64,000 nucleotides of DNA from Bispira polyomma (taxonomy: Eukaryota). The DNA lies in assembly GCA_965649765.1 (NCBI GenBank), contig OZ287751.1, positions 63,736,001 through 63,800,000 on the forward strand, written 5' to 3'. Of this stretch, positions 13,662 through 25,689 are shown one piece after another (position 1 is the first letter of the stretch; every line of letters begins with the position of its first letter). A model generated the notes under the pieces. That model did not search any database, was not told where the DNA came from, and was given only the letters and a program-made list of their open reading frames with translations. The position numbers and the translations under genes are program-made.

Positions 13662-13850
13662 TTAGTCTTTAATTAGTCTCAAGCAATTTAATTTGTGTTG
13701 GTCTAAAATATTGAACACTGTCTACTTTTAGACTTTATGTTAAGCCCAAACAGAGCATATTTTCTAAATGTTACTGGGATTAAAGACTAAAATTCCAACA
13801 TTTACTGCCAAAATGAAAGGCAACAATTTTAAGCTTCAGACTAAGACTTT
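13662..13850. repeat. Dispersed GACTAA-rich repeat (inverted relative at ~41640-42832)
   Basis: AAATGTTACTGGGATTAAAGACTAAAATT..ACTGCCAAAAT matches the reverse complement of 41888-41935. TTAGTCTCAAGC matches the reverse complement of 42620-42631. Confidence 0.65.
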
Positions 13851-13873
13851 TTCATAATACGGCCCATCGGGAT

Positions 13874-14080
13874 AACAAGAGTTGTCTTTTAAAAAAGACA
13901 CAGTGTGAAATACTTGATGCGGCCATTATATACTCAGGCCCCACTTTATAAATAAATCTGACACCCCTCAGTTTCATCAGGTCGATTCCTTCGAACCAAT
14001 CTTTGAAGGCCTTACATATTTTCGAAAAAGGTGGCATGTCTTTCATAATGAATAACAAAATCGATGATGTGCCTGATAAA
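13874..14080 (+). mobile_element. Helentron-like non-autonomous repeat (AACAAGAG family)
   Basis: Starts AACAAGAGTTGTCTTTTAAAAAAGACAC and ends GCCTGATAAAA; five copies in the window. Family assignment is inferred from the terminal hairpin and A/T-run context. Confidence 0.6.
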
Positions 14081-14657
14081 ATATACATATATCAAAGTAA
14101 AGTGAGAAACCATGTTCTTCCCTTTATTAGCCCCTTGTATATATACAAGGTTGTATTTACGAGAGTATGAATGATTCACAAGAAATCCTGGTCTGTAATG
14201 AGGCATTATGTCACTTTTTTTATCTAGATTCCAGGTCTAATTGCTCTACAATAACAGTAACTAGGCATTATTGGACTATGTGACTCTATTACCTTAGTCC
14301 TGAACAGAGGGATATGCTTTTTTTGTGTGTTTTTGTAACATAGTTTATACATAATGTTGATGTAAAACTGGGTGTGTCCCTTTTTGGGCTTGTCAATAGA
14401 TAAGTACATACATAATTTACAGGTAAAACTCACACTAAGACGTATTATATGTTATCGGCCAGCTAATAACAAGAATATGGTAACACACTGTTACTAACAT
14501 TAAAGTGGCTATAAAAATTTAGAGGACTCTTTTCAAATGACACTACAAATAATGCAATTGATTGATGACGACTGCTGTTTTATCTAGTTCCATATTTTTT
14601 TTTACTCATGTTTAATCCATTGTATTATAAAATATTTTAAGCAAAAAAGCATTGCTG

Positions 14658-14916
14658 CTTCGTTTCTATACATCCTTGGGCAAGATGTAACACAAGTTTT
14701 TCCTAGTGGCTCGGATGTCACCACTTAAAATGGTGCTGTCCTCTTTCACTGAGTAGTATCTCCAGTGGCAGATTAAAGATCCTCTTGGGGACTTGGATAC
14801 ATGGTGTCATCCTCAAGCAAGCCTTAGCGCCCATATTGGCTGCTAATGAGGGAAGCGCATTTGAAACGGCCCTGTGTTGTATAAGTGTGCTATAACAAAT
14901 GTCCTATTTCATTTCG
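14658..14916 (+). mobile_element. SINE family C, 5'-truncated (CORE-like motif, L2-like tail)
   Basis: Reverse-complement match to 45008-45337. TCCTTGGGCAAG motif; tail AAGCGCATTTGAAAC..GTGCTATAACAAATG. Confidence 0.8.
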
Positions 14917-15062
14917 TTAGATATACTGGATGTTTACTTTTTGCAATTAAATTACACACAAAAAACTTTGCCATTGAAAAGGAAGTGTCCTCACTTTTTA
15001 AACAATGTACACTTACACATATATATATAGAATTGTGTCAAGCACCAATCGATACACCAGTA

Positions 15063-15570
15063 TAACTCCTGTTCTTAAGAAATTTCATTGGCTTCCTGTT
15101 AAACAGTCCTCAGTGTTTAAAAGAGCCACACTTGTTTGATAGTTTCTTCGCACTGGTTTTCCCAAGTATTTTTTCCCCATATCTTTCCTCTTACAGTAGT
15201 TCTTACAATACCAGGTACAGTCAGAGTGGTGGTAATTTCCTTGTTCAAAAGTTCTACCTGTATACTCAAAAGTCAGTTAAACATTTTGGATATAGCTTTG
15301 CTTTTGATGCTCCCATTGTTTGGAATGCTCTTCTTGGTGTGATTCGTGCGTCCCCCTCTCTAGCCTCTTTTAGAAAGCAGCTTAAAACCCACCTGTACAC
15401 CAAGGCATACCCACATTAGTCTTAATCATCCCCTGGCGGTCTCTGTTGTGCGGACCTTTTTTCTGTCCTTGGATATTGATATTGGATCACTGTCTTGGTG
15501 CTGTTGCTCCTTAGAGTCCCCTTCGTAAATGGGGGATTAAGTGCTATAAAAGTCAAATTACAATTAATTT
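15063..15570 (+). mobile_element. L2-clade LINE 3' fragment
   Basis: ITPVLKKFHWLPV..FAFDAPIVWNAL..FRKQLKTHLYTKAYP, then a 3' UTR ending AAGTGCTATAAAAGT. Confidence 0.85.
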
Positions 15571-15635
15571 AAGTAGGTTAGAATATTCACTGGTTTAGTC
15601 TCTCTTTGAACATAGAGAACAGCAGTTGAGGTTTT

Positions 15636-15795
15636 GGGGCAGTATTCACAAACATTCTTAGTATACAATTCTTAGAATTTTCTTAGTCTCACCCAATGAG
15701 AATGTTTGAAACAATATAGTCAGCCAATTAAATTGTTTAAGACAAAAATTTATGAATAATAAAAAAGAAAAAGAATAATTGTGAATACCAGTCCT
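15636..15795. mobile_element. Small MITE-like repeat
   Basis: Inverted ends GTATTCACAA ... TTGTGAATAC; internal TTCTTAG repeats. Confidence 0.5.
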
Positions 15796-16161
15796 GGAGA
15801 TTCGGGATTCGGGATGTGAATAACATTTTCTCTCTGGATAAATATTACATACCACAAAAGGTCTACCCACAGTTGATCTGGACTTTATGCAATGTAAACA
15901 GACACATCATTATTTATATTGGCCATTATTCTTGTTGTTATTATTTTTTTCAGGTCACAGTGGTACAGCCAAGCAGGAAGTCTTGGCCTCATTTGTACTC
16001 TAAAAAACCAGTGGGTAGACAATTATGAGCTCACTCTGGGGGATTACTAAAACCTCCTTTAAAAACCTTACACCAACACAGTGTGTTTACAGTTCCTGTC
16101 AAATCAATGTAAAACAACCCTTGTAAAATGCTGCTTACCCCAAAAATAAATTCTCCTTAGT

Positions 16162-16181
16162 AATTTTTTTCTTATTCACAG
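16162..16181 (+). promoter_or_regulatory. Likely splice acceptor of the GPCR coding exon
   Basis: AATTTTTTTCTTATTCACAG ends 162 nt upstream of the ATG. An alternative acceptor TTTTTTTCAG ends at 15953. Confidence 0.5.
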
Positions 16182-16343
16182 AGAAAAGAGTGAAATAACA
16201 TCTCAGGTGGTGATTAGGAGAGACATCAGTGTGTGAAATAAAAAAGCCCAGCCAAAACCAAGTCATGTAGACAGATTGAGGTCTAAAAAACCTGATTTGT
16301 TTGAAGGGTAGATCTAAGACATTAGATCAAAACTCAACCCAAA

Positions 16344-17690
16344 ATGGATTTGACGACTGTAAAAGGAATGGCTGTAAATGGAAGATTAGAAGGAGGCTAT
16401 GATGCTGTTGATGCTTATCCTACTACCCTAGAGACCTCCGCCTCCACCAATAATTTGTCACTGGGCTTAATTTTGAGTAATGTGACAGAAGATGGTAGCC
16501 CCATCCCAGGTCAAGGGGGCGGCAGGCCTTTGCTGTGGTACCTGCATCTTTACCTCACCCCGGCCATCATCGCCGTAGGTCTGGCGGGTAACGGACTGAG
16601 TTTTATAGTGTGTGTGAAGACGCGCCTACGTCACCTCTCCTCCTCAGTGTACCTAGCCGCCCTCTGCGTGTCGGACTCCATGTTCCTCATCCAGCTCTGC
16701 GCCTACTGGCTCATCTACGTCCGCGTCTTCATCTTCCACATGGCCGGCCTGTGCCAGGTATTTGTTTACATTAGCTACGTCAGCAGCTTTCTCAGCGTCT
16801 GGTTTGTGGTGGCCTTCACCTTGGAGCGCTACATCGTATGCGTGTACCCATTACGCAAGCAGTCTATTTGCAGGGTGTCTAGGGCCCGTATAATAGTCGT
16901 CTGCCTCACAGTGATTGCCCTTGTGATGTACAATTTTGGCGCCTGGACCTCTGGCACAGTGAGTCAGCCCAGTGGTCACTCTGAATGCATTCCCCTGTTC
17001 AAGTACCGCTCCATCATCTCAGTTCTAAACAACATTGACACGTTCATCACCCTACTGGTCCCGTCCGTACTGATCATCTTCATGAACTTGCGGATAGTCT
17101 TCAACCTCTCCCAGCTGGGATCGGTGCGGGTGAAACTCCTCGGACCTCAGACCGAGGAAGACAACCGTATCCTGTCAAGGGCGCCCAGCCAGCTGAGCCA
17201 CAACTCTGTCGCCAATTCGCACGTTCATCAGCGTTCGCTGATCCAGAAGTCACAGGTGAAGATCACCAAGATGCTGGTGAGTGTGTCTAGTATCTTCATC
17301 ATTCTCAACCTCCCGAGTCACGTGATCAGAGTCTACATCACCATGGTGGATCTGTTCTCTGACAAAATGTACGATCCACCACACAGTGTCGTCATGTGGC
17401 AGCAGGGGTTCTATTTCATGTACTACACCAACTTTGCCGTGAACTTCTTCCTGTACTCGCTCTGTGGCCAGAACTTCCGACATGCCGTCCTGACACTGTT
17501 CGTCAAGGTGAAGTCGCGCATCAAGCGGATAAACACGGGCATCCACGGGTCAAGGATGTCGAGGAACACTACCATGGAAATGTGTTCAGTAACGCACAGT
17601 GGCAACGCATCCCCAACGCAAGACAACGACAAGACAACAAGATTTCCAAGCTCCTTAACTTTAAAAATCTCAAATAGTGGTTCTAAATAA
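16344..17690 (+). CDS. Class A peptide GPCR, FMRFamide/sex-peptide receptor-like group, most like CNMamide receptors; 448 aa, intronless CDS
   Basis: Seven hydrophobic segments: TM1 GN, TM2 LAALCVSD, Cys at the top of TM3, FTLERY, ECL2 Cys, TM5 LLVP, TM6 TKML..LNLP, TM7 NFFLY..GQNFR. N-terminal sequons NLS and NVT. AAAATGG start context; GC-rich codon usage. Confidence 0.95.
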   Translation: MDLTTVKGMAVNGRLEGGYDAVDAYPTTLETSASTNNLSLGLILSNVTEDGSPIPGQGGGRPLLWYLHLYLTPAIIAVGLAGNGLSFIVCVKTRLRHLSSSVYLAALCVSDSMFLIQLCAYWLIYVRVFIFHMAGLCQVFVYISYVSSFLSVWFVVAFTLERYIVCVYPLRKQSICRVSRARIIVVCLTVIALVMYNFGAWTSGTVSQPSGHSECIPLFKYRSIISVLNNIDTFITLLVPSVLIIFMNLRIVFNLSQLGSVRVKLLGPQTEEDNRILSRAPSQLSHNSVANSHVHQRSLIQKSQVKITKMLVSVSSIFIILNLPSHVIRVYITMVDLFSDKMYDPPHSVVMWQQGFYFMYYTNFAVNFFLYSLCGQNFRHAVLTLFVKVKSRIKRINTGIHGSRMSRNTTMEMCSVTHSGNASPTQDNDKTTRFPSSLTLKISNSGSK

Positions 17691-18124
17691 CAGAATGTAC
17701 ATTGTTTTTGTCAAATGATATTTATTAAAGGTTTTGAGCTCTGCTTTGAACTCCAAATATCACATACACTATAACCTCTATTATCCAAAATTCATTTTAT
17801 TGACACATTTTATTGACACATTTGAACTCTCCCAATTTCATGTTAGCTATTGTTTAGTACTAGAATGCCTCTTCTAAAAGAGCTTTCAGCGAAGAACCGG
17901 AAAATGTAGTCAGATTTTAGTTTTATGTCTTGTACACACAATGATACAGCAGGACATGTATTTTGAGATTATTGCAAAAACAGTTGAATTGATGAACATA
18001 CTTTAATTCTTTTCTAAATTGATGTTTTCCTCTTGTTTTGTACTAGGTTTCCTCTTCTATTTTAATGAATCTTGTATTGTCTATACACGCCCAAACAGGT
18101 ATATAGAATACCTTACTTTTGGGA

Positions 18125-18329
18125 GGGGCCACGTGGCCTAGTGGTTAGCAAGCATTGTGCTTCACAATCACTGGTCTCTCACCTCTGGGTGGCATGAGTT
18201 CAAATCCTGTCGATGCCTATGTGGGAAAGGTGGTAGTTCCTTACTGTGGGCCGCTGGTTTCAGTGCAGAACTTTGATCAACTGTATGCAGTGTTTCCTCC
18301 AGCATTTCCAACTACCTGTCCCAATGTAA
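18125..18329 (+). mobile_element. tRNA-derived SINE, family A, 3'-truncated
   Basis: High identity to the 4753 and 19266 copies. Confidence 0.9.
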
Positions 18330-19265
18330 TTATAATACAGCTTTTAGCGAAGAACTCAAATATGTAATAATCTATTTTAGACATCTTTAAATACAGAACA
18401 AAATATATTTTGGGATTATTGATTTAATTTCAAGAGCCTTTGATAAACAATGGCCCATATATTAATATTTAAATGTGAATTTATTCATGTACTTTTTGGC
18501 ATAAAAAGGACAGTCTTGTAATTTATCATACCAGGGACTTGAACCAGGGACGCTTCTTTCACCAGATCAACGTCCACTTAAGCCACGGGAGACTATAAAC
18601 TGCAAACCTGCTTTTGTATTGCAATTAATTTTTTTCTATGCTTTCAGTACTATGTATTTGCCTTAGTAATTTTATATATCAGTCATTTTTGTGTATGTGT
18701 ATAAATAATGAATATAACATGATATAGAATTTTAAATTAAGACTACTTGCTTATCATATTTAAAATATCTAAAATATTCTAATCAAAATTCTTTTGAAAT
18801 ATTCATTGAGCTAGTAAAGTATGATTATGATTCTGGTATGATTATGATTCTGGTTCAGTAACTTGACGCAGTGTGTTAGACAGTATTGATAGTTACTTTA
18901 GTTGTTATATTGCAAGTTTGATGTTGAATTCAATACGTTTTACTTAGGATAAGTGGGTTAATTTTATCCTACATGGTCCTTGAAGAGAGTGAGAAGCCAG
19001 AGGGAGGGTATATGTAAGGATTATATCCAAGAGATATAATCAGATTTATAATGCTAGGCTAGCTATTGTATGTCTTCACGGTGTATGTGTATGATTCATC
19101 TCAAGCAGTGTTTCTAGTTTAGTACCAAACATCTTGTGTGTGCAGTCTGTTTTTTGTTCTCTCAACAGCCACATCATTTTTATATACTTTCTAATTGGGT
19201 GTGTTATTACAATTAGAGTTTAATCCATCCCAGTGTTTACTTTTGTATTAATATACTTAGAGCTA

Positions 19266-19500
19266 GGGGCCACGGTGGCCTAGTGGTTAGCAAGCATTGC
19301 GCTTCACAATCACTGGTCTCTCACCTCTAGGTGGCGTGAGTTCGAATCCTGTGGATGCCTATGCGGGAAAGGTGGTAGTTCCTTACTGTGGGCCGCTGGT
19401 TTCAGTGCAGAACCTTGATCAACTGTATGCAGTGTTTCCTCCAGCGTTTCCAACTACCCGTCCCGATGTAACCTAAATAGGTACTGGAGTGGATGTTAAA
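19266..19500 (+). mobile_element. tRNA-derived SINE, family A
   Basis: TGGCCTAGTGG and GAGTTCGAATCC boxes; high identity to other copies. Confidence 0.92.
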
Positions 19501-19542
19501 TGATATTTCACTACACATCTATATACCACAACTTAAAACTAC

Positions 19543-19786
19543 CATTAACTACGTTTAGTTAAGCTTGATTTAAGTTAATCTTAAACAAGGTTAATTTTAA
19601 ATTTAAAGGTGACGTCGAGTCACCTCACCGGCTTGACTTTAACTTGAATTAAAGATGAAATTTATTTCAATTTAATCTTTAAGGTGCCCTTACTTCTAGA
19701 GGGTCATCTAAAGTTACATTTTTTGTGTGCCCTTACTTGAACAGGGTTACCTTAATTAGAGTTTAAGATGAAGTTATAAATTCATT
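19543..19786 (+). mobile_element. Remnant of a YR-retrotransposon 3' UTR related to E2
   Basis: Collinear blocks with the reverse complement of 45985-46198: CATTA..CTACGTTT, GCTTGAT, ATCTTAAA, AACTTGAA, two GCCC..AGGGT(C/T)A motifs, ATAAAT(T)CATT. Confidence 0.65.
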
Positions 19787-20804
19787 ATCTCCAGTGTGTA
19801 AAAAGTATAAGAAAGAAAGTGTTTTCCTTTATTTCAAAAAAGTGCACTTTGTTCAGTAAAAAAGTATTTTTAAAGGTTTTGCTTGTAATCCATCGTAGAG
19901 TGCTGTCTTCCTAAATGCTCTACTATTATTCAGTGTGTCATTTCATTCCATCTTCACCAAATGACAACACATTAACTAGTTTGCTCCAATAATGGGAGGG
20001 CTTATTAAATAACCTACAAATAGAAATTTTGGTATATTTGTTTATATTTTATCTTTTACCAAATAGTTGTAAATTCAGTGGAATGTTTAGGTTATTTTCT
20101 ATTGTTCGTTCATAAGTAGAGGTATACAGAACTTTTGTCAGTTTGTGAACTTATTTGTCGCATAAATTAAAAAAAATTCCTGGTGAAAATGTACTCTATT
20201 ACAATATCCTATCAAGCTGATACTAGAAAAACTGAATCATATATGACTACACACTACAGTAAATTGTATTGGGAAAAAATTGTATTGCGATATATTTGAG
20301 ATATTACAGTTATATTCACAATACGTATTGCAATATATTGGATCTTAATACCTTTACAAGAATTATAGGGAGTTTTAAAGTCAAATGAGTTTCTGCCCAT
20401 GCACAAAAGCTTGCGCATAAATGATCTTGGAAGAAACTGTAAAATGTAAATGAACATTTGAGTAATATATTTAATCTATTAATTGTGAAGACTGCATTGC
20501 TTTATTTCTGATTCTGTTCTGACAAATGTCTTGCATGATCTCAGACTTTATTTCTAGACTACCAAGAAGTGGACGATATTCAATGCTTTTTTGAAAAAAT
20601 TATGTATCCAATACTTATTGTTTTTTCAATTTCGTATTGCAATATACTGTATTGTAAAAATATATTGGGATATATTGAGTTTTTAATATATTGTTGCTTC
20701 CTTAGTTGTAATGTTTTTAATTATTAGGATTTTTTTTTACATAAAGACAAATTTGTTTTGAGACATTTAAAATATCTGGTTTATAAGCTTATAATACAAT
20801 TCTC

Positions 20805-21275
20805 TCCATACCTCCAAAAGCTTGACTGACTTCCCATTCATTATCGTATTTTGTTTACAATTCATGTAACTGCTTTCAAAGCTTTTATCTCTCAAAAGCC
20901 CTTCTACCTTTCTGCTCGCATTGCCTTCAGTAACCTTGAAAAGGGGAAAGAGACGTTCTGTTTCCTCTGTTAAACCTACTAATAGGGTTGGATAAAAAGC
21001 TTTCTCTATTGCTGCTTCTATGTTATGGAAGTGTCTCCATGTTGAGCTTAGATCTGTTGAAAAACTTTCTGGTTTTAGGAAAAAGCTTAAAACCTATCTC
21101 TTCAAACTCACCTACCCTTCTTAGTTCTCTCCTCACACCCTCACATCCTTCCCAGCGATCTTAACTATGTTTTTGAACTTCTCTATTGGTTAACTGATTC
21201 TGTTGTTGCGCTTTAGAAGATGCCTTGCATCAATTTAGAAGATGCCTCTCCATCAATAAGGTGTGTTACAAATAA
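20805..21275 (+). mobile_element. L2-clade LINE 3' fragment
   Basis: Same family as 9217-9762 (..GFRKKLKTYLFKLTYP*; GTTGCGCTTTAGAAGATGCC). Confidence 0.85.
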
Positions 21276-23104
21276 TATCAGACAAAAATAATAACAGACA
21301 AAAGAACAAATCTATCAAACCTAAGGTCAAGGTCACAGCAGATGCAGTGAGGTCAAGGTTACAGGAGAGGCACTGTGTATATTTTTGACAAATATTGTCT
21401 TAAATTTTGTTACCTTCGCCAAATAATTACAGGGTTATTATCAAAAGACAAACAAATAAGGATGCATTATAAGTGTCACTTTCAGTTAGAAGAAAAAATT
21501 ATGTTTATTATATAGTTATATCATAATACAAGCTCAATAAATACAAGGTTGGTAGTACCAAAGGTAAACAAATTATTATAAATGTACAGAAATGCAGTTT
21601 TATTTTTCAAGAAAATCATAAAATACCTGCTGGTAACATAAAAGATTTATGTTGCATCAGGGATAATGCATATACTCAATTTTCCCTTGAGGAATTAAAA
21701 ATTAATTGTTTCCTCTAAAACACAACTTGTGTTTTAAAAAATGTATATAAGACTATAATTATGGTAATATTGTTTATATTTATGCACTTTGAGTGTGAGA
21801 AAAAGAGTTAATAAATTCTCACTATCGAGAGTCACTAGCAAAAATAGCTAAAATTAATTCCTATAGTTAAAGGGTCCACTTATAACATTATATATGGTTT
21901 ATAAAACCACCATGTCATGTACACATTGACTTGTATTCACTAAGAATTGCTCACTTTATACAATATATTGCATGCTGTATCTGTACTTATATATTGTTGC
22001 CTGTGTTGAATAAAGTGCTTTCGTCATTTATTATTGGAGTATTATTGCAAATGACTCTACTATCATAATGTATTGTACCGAATCAAGTGATCAATCATGT
22101 GTCCCTACAACATAGCCTGGGTCGTCATCTGTAGGTAATGGCTTGTTCACATCTTGCCCATGGTTGTTATCCCACCATTTACCTATAAAAATACATCTCA
22201 GATAAGTTATAGGTCACATACAGTTTGTGTCTACGTTATCAGGGCCTATTTTAGCCTTTTTAACTTGAGCAATATACCTTCTTAGTGAGATACCTATCTC
22301 TAGTACTTAAACCCATTTTTGTCACATGACGACTTCCGAATTATCTCTGATACCATACACATTTTATATCATATCACAATAATTTATCCATCAAATGTTA
22401 ACAACAAAATAATCCGATCATAAGACCAACAAAAAAAGGTAGCTGTTATGGATAAGATTTGGCCAAGATTGGGTTTTATGTTATAGGCAATCTAAATGGC
22501 ATTAAATCTGGCTATTATGTCAATTGACATGACAAAGATGTGATAAAGACATGATCGGCAAGAATCTCAATGTTTGATATTTTGCAAAAGTCTGGCAGAA
22601 TAGCTTCTCTGACCCCGGAAACGTATTGCTGAATAAGTTCGATGTTATTGTCAATACGTTCTGTCTGATAGGTCTTATCTCACTCCAGGACTGTCCTAAC
22701 AATAGCCAGTTCGAGTTTATAGTTGTGCGATGCGGAAGAATATAAAACCATTTAGTCAGTAGCGTTGGCATAGTATTCCCAACCTTGATTATTAGAGGTT
22801 CGATCCTGAGAGACGGGGGTATATATCCATCAGATCCTATTGCCATTACAGTCGATCCAAGGCAACAGGTCAGATCCTATCACCAATCAGTTCGATCCTA
22901 ACCAGTTTGGGGAGGCCAGGCTAGTTTTAGAGCGGACTTCAAGGTCGATCGTGATCTGTGTCCAGTCAAAATGGGACGCAATCAATTCGATCTGGAAAGT
23001 CGCCCCACATTTTCTTTTTCCAGCCCAAGTTATTAAATTTATTTCTTTTTTCGCCTCAAACACCTCGATCTTCAAATCGAGCCCATTCTCCCAATCGTTC
23101 TTAA

Positions 23105-23332
23105 ATGTGGAACCACCACATAATATAAGATCCCAGGAAACCCTCTCTGGTTTCAGAGGCAACCTTAAGACCCATTTCTCTCCCCTCGATTAACCTCCAT
23201 AGACATTTTACTCGTCTCGATTACGAATTTGTATTGCAAATGGACTACAATTTTAACAACTCTGTCAATGATGTTGCTCTTTAGAAGATGCCTGACATCA
23301 ATTAGGCGTGTTAAAAATCAATCATATCATAT
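23105..23332 (+). mobile_element. L2-clade LINE 3' fragment
   Basis: ATAAGATCCCAGGAAAC..AACCTTAAGAC..TTAGAAGATGCC, closely matching 6968-7262. Confidence 0.8.
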
Positions 23333-24399
23333 GATGACTAAAAGTTGAGTAAACATTGTAGCTGGTAAGCACATGCCGGCAAAAATGGGACATGTTTCTG
23401 ATGAAGGTTATGTTACTGTGGAGATATCTGCTATATTGTAGGGTTTACACTATGACGGTATGGAGTGGCGCAAGGAATCCTACCTATAATTTCTTAAGCT
23501 TAAGTTTTGGGCATTGCCAAACTTCCGACTAGTTTTCTAGTATTGCCGAATCACTACTGCAACTCTTCCAGTTTATTAATGAAAGTTGTATACATCTTTT
23601 AAATCATAGCAGTTCAATAATGTTTGAAAGCACTTTTTCTCACCAACGTGTCAAGTTAAATAAAGCTAATAGTTCTATTTCAAAGATTCAAAGGTTGTAT
23701 TGACATTTTGCTTGGTGTAAAGCATCCTTAATTGTGATGCTAAAACGTTCAGACAGGAAATTGGAATGGAACCGGATTTAGGAACATTGACATGTATTAA
23801 GGGGCTCAGTGGTTCTTGCCTGGAGATATGGCCTTTGCTATTACCAGTTCGGTGCGATATTATTTGATTCTATATTAATGCTACATTTATATGCAAACTG
23901 AGTGAAAGAAAAAAAAGACCACCTTAAAGGATTAAGGTGGAAACTCCAAGGGCTCTCTTTTCAGAATTACCTTTATTATTTGGCAGGTAGCCTGTTTTGC
24001 CTGTCAATACCATTTCTTTTAGCTAAAGGGGCTGTCCCACTATCAAGATCCTTTGGGAGGAGACCCCAATAATGTGGTCGGGAGCAATCGTTAGTATTTT
24101 TCCCCGATTCTTTAAAAAAAATGGCGGGAAAATTTAAGTCAGACAACTATAATTGTATTGGTTAATGATTGTAACTTTAGGTCGGGAGCAAGGCCCGATA
24201 GATCCTGTAAGATCGGGGATTTGACTCGTACGAAGCAAATATATCAGGCCAATTGACAAAGATAGGCAGTTACAACCACTTACGATCATAAAGATAGGTC
24301 GTTGTCATCCCCTATAGGTCGCTACCTTAATCCCAATAGATTGCTACCTCGATCCCGATGACTTGCTACCTCGATCCCGATTGGCAAGATGGATCTTTC

Positions 24400-25360
24400 A
24401 ATTTTGCAATCGGGAGAAAAGGCACTGTCAGAAAGGTACTGTCACCGGGACTGAAGATTGCAATAACTGTAAGACATTTGGCGACTGGGGAGTCATTATG
24501 CATTGTGGGTGGGGAGGTCAACCATCACCACATTTGTTCCTAAGGTTTGCGAGGCTATCATCAATAAATTTCTCTGCTGCCCCACCACCCCAGAGGGCTG
24601 GAAGAAGGTCGCAGCTGTATACAGAGACACCTGGAATGTCCCCAAAGCCCTGGGTGCCATAGATGGCAAACATATAGCAATGAGATGTCCAAGAAAGGGG
24701 GGTGGAGTGAGTATTTCATCTACAAGGGATTCCATTCCATCATTATGCTGGCCCTGGTGGATGCTGAGTACCGCTTCATGTAGGTGGGCCTGGGTTCCAG
24801 TGGCTCCTGGTCTGATTCCGAGATTTTCAACCTATCTGAATTGAAGGAAAAGATTGAGGACCAGTCTATCAACTTCCCCCTCCTCAACCCATAAGCCCTG
24901 GTAGGCCCCCCACCCCCTACTTCATCATGGGAGACGACACATATGCCTTAAAGACCTAGATGATGAAACCCTTCTCCAGACAAGAGCTGGACCCCAATCA
25001 CTGCATGATTAACTACAGGATATCCCGGGGCAGAAGGGTGGTGGAGAATGCCTTTTGAATATTAGTGGTGAGGTTTAGACTTTTATTCTCGACCATGCAG
25101 CAGAAACCACCTGTGGTAGCCACCTTAACCCTAGCCTGTGTTGTTCTCCACAGCATGCTCAGAAGTGCAAATATCAACCAGGGAGGATAGCACCTAAACC
25201 CAGCAGATGACCCCCCCTCCCCTCCCACAGGATGCACTGCTTGGAAATCAAAACAACCCAGCTAACATCAGAAATCTTAGCTGAGTAGTCAAGGAACAGA
25301 GAGACACCCCGATGGACTACTTCATGAATGAGGGGGCAGGGCCATGGCAGAACGACCGTG
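24400..25360 (+). pseudogene. Harbinger DDE transposase (HARBI1/DDE_Tnp_4-like), disrupted
   Basis: Across frames: [69 protein letters not shown]. Several stops and frameshifts. Confidence 0.9.
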
Positions 25361-25689
25361 AGCCTGAGGCAGAAAAATCAGCCCTTTTGAGGGCCACCCA
25401 AAACATCCAAGAACATGTTTTGAGCTGTTGTTAAAAAATAACATCAAACAAAAACCCCTCATGACAAAAAGCATATTGGCCGCACACAAAAAATCCAACC
25501 CACAGAGACAAAGAACAAAACATTACCACCCTGTACAGAAGTCTGTTAAATTATTTCACCTTTTTTTTGAACAGCGTAAAAATTAATTTCTCAGTTCTTT
25601 AACTTTGTAAACCACTTCAAGTAGAACTATTTTAAGGGGAAATTGTCTTAATAGACTTCTACTTGGTAATGTTTGTGTTGTAAGCACAT

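Noticed and set aside
17250-17677. Overlapping and antisense ORFs in the GPCR
   Set aside because: Expected by-products of GC-rich coding sequence; no recognisable motifs.
22100-23100. GATC/TATC-rich region with ORFs of 91-117 aa
   Set aside because: Resembles decayed Harbinger subterminal repeats, but I could not define TIRs, and the ORFs show no protein features.
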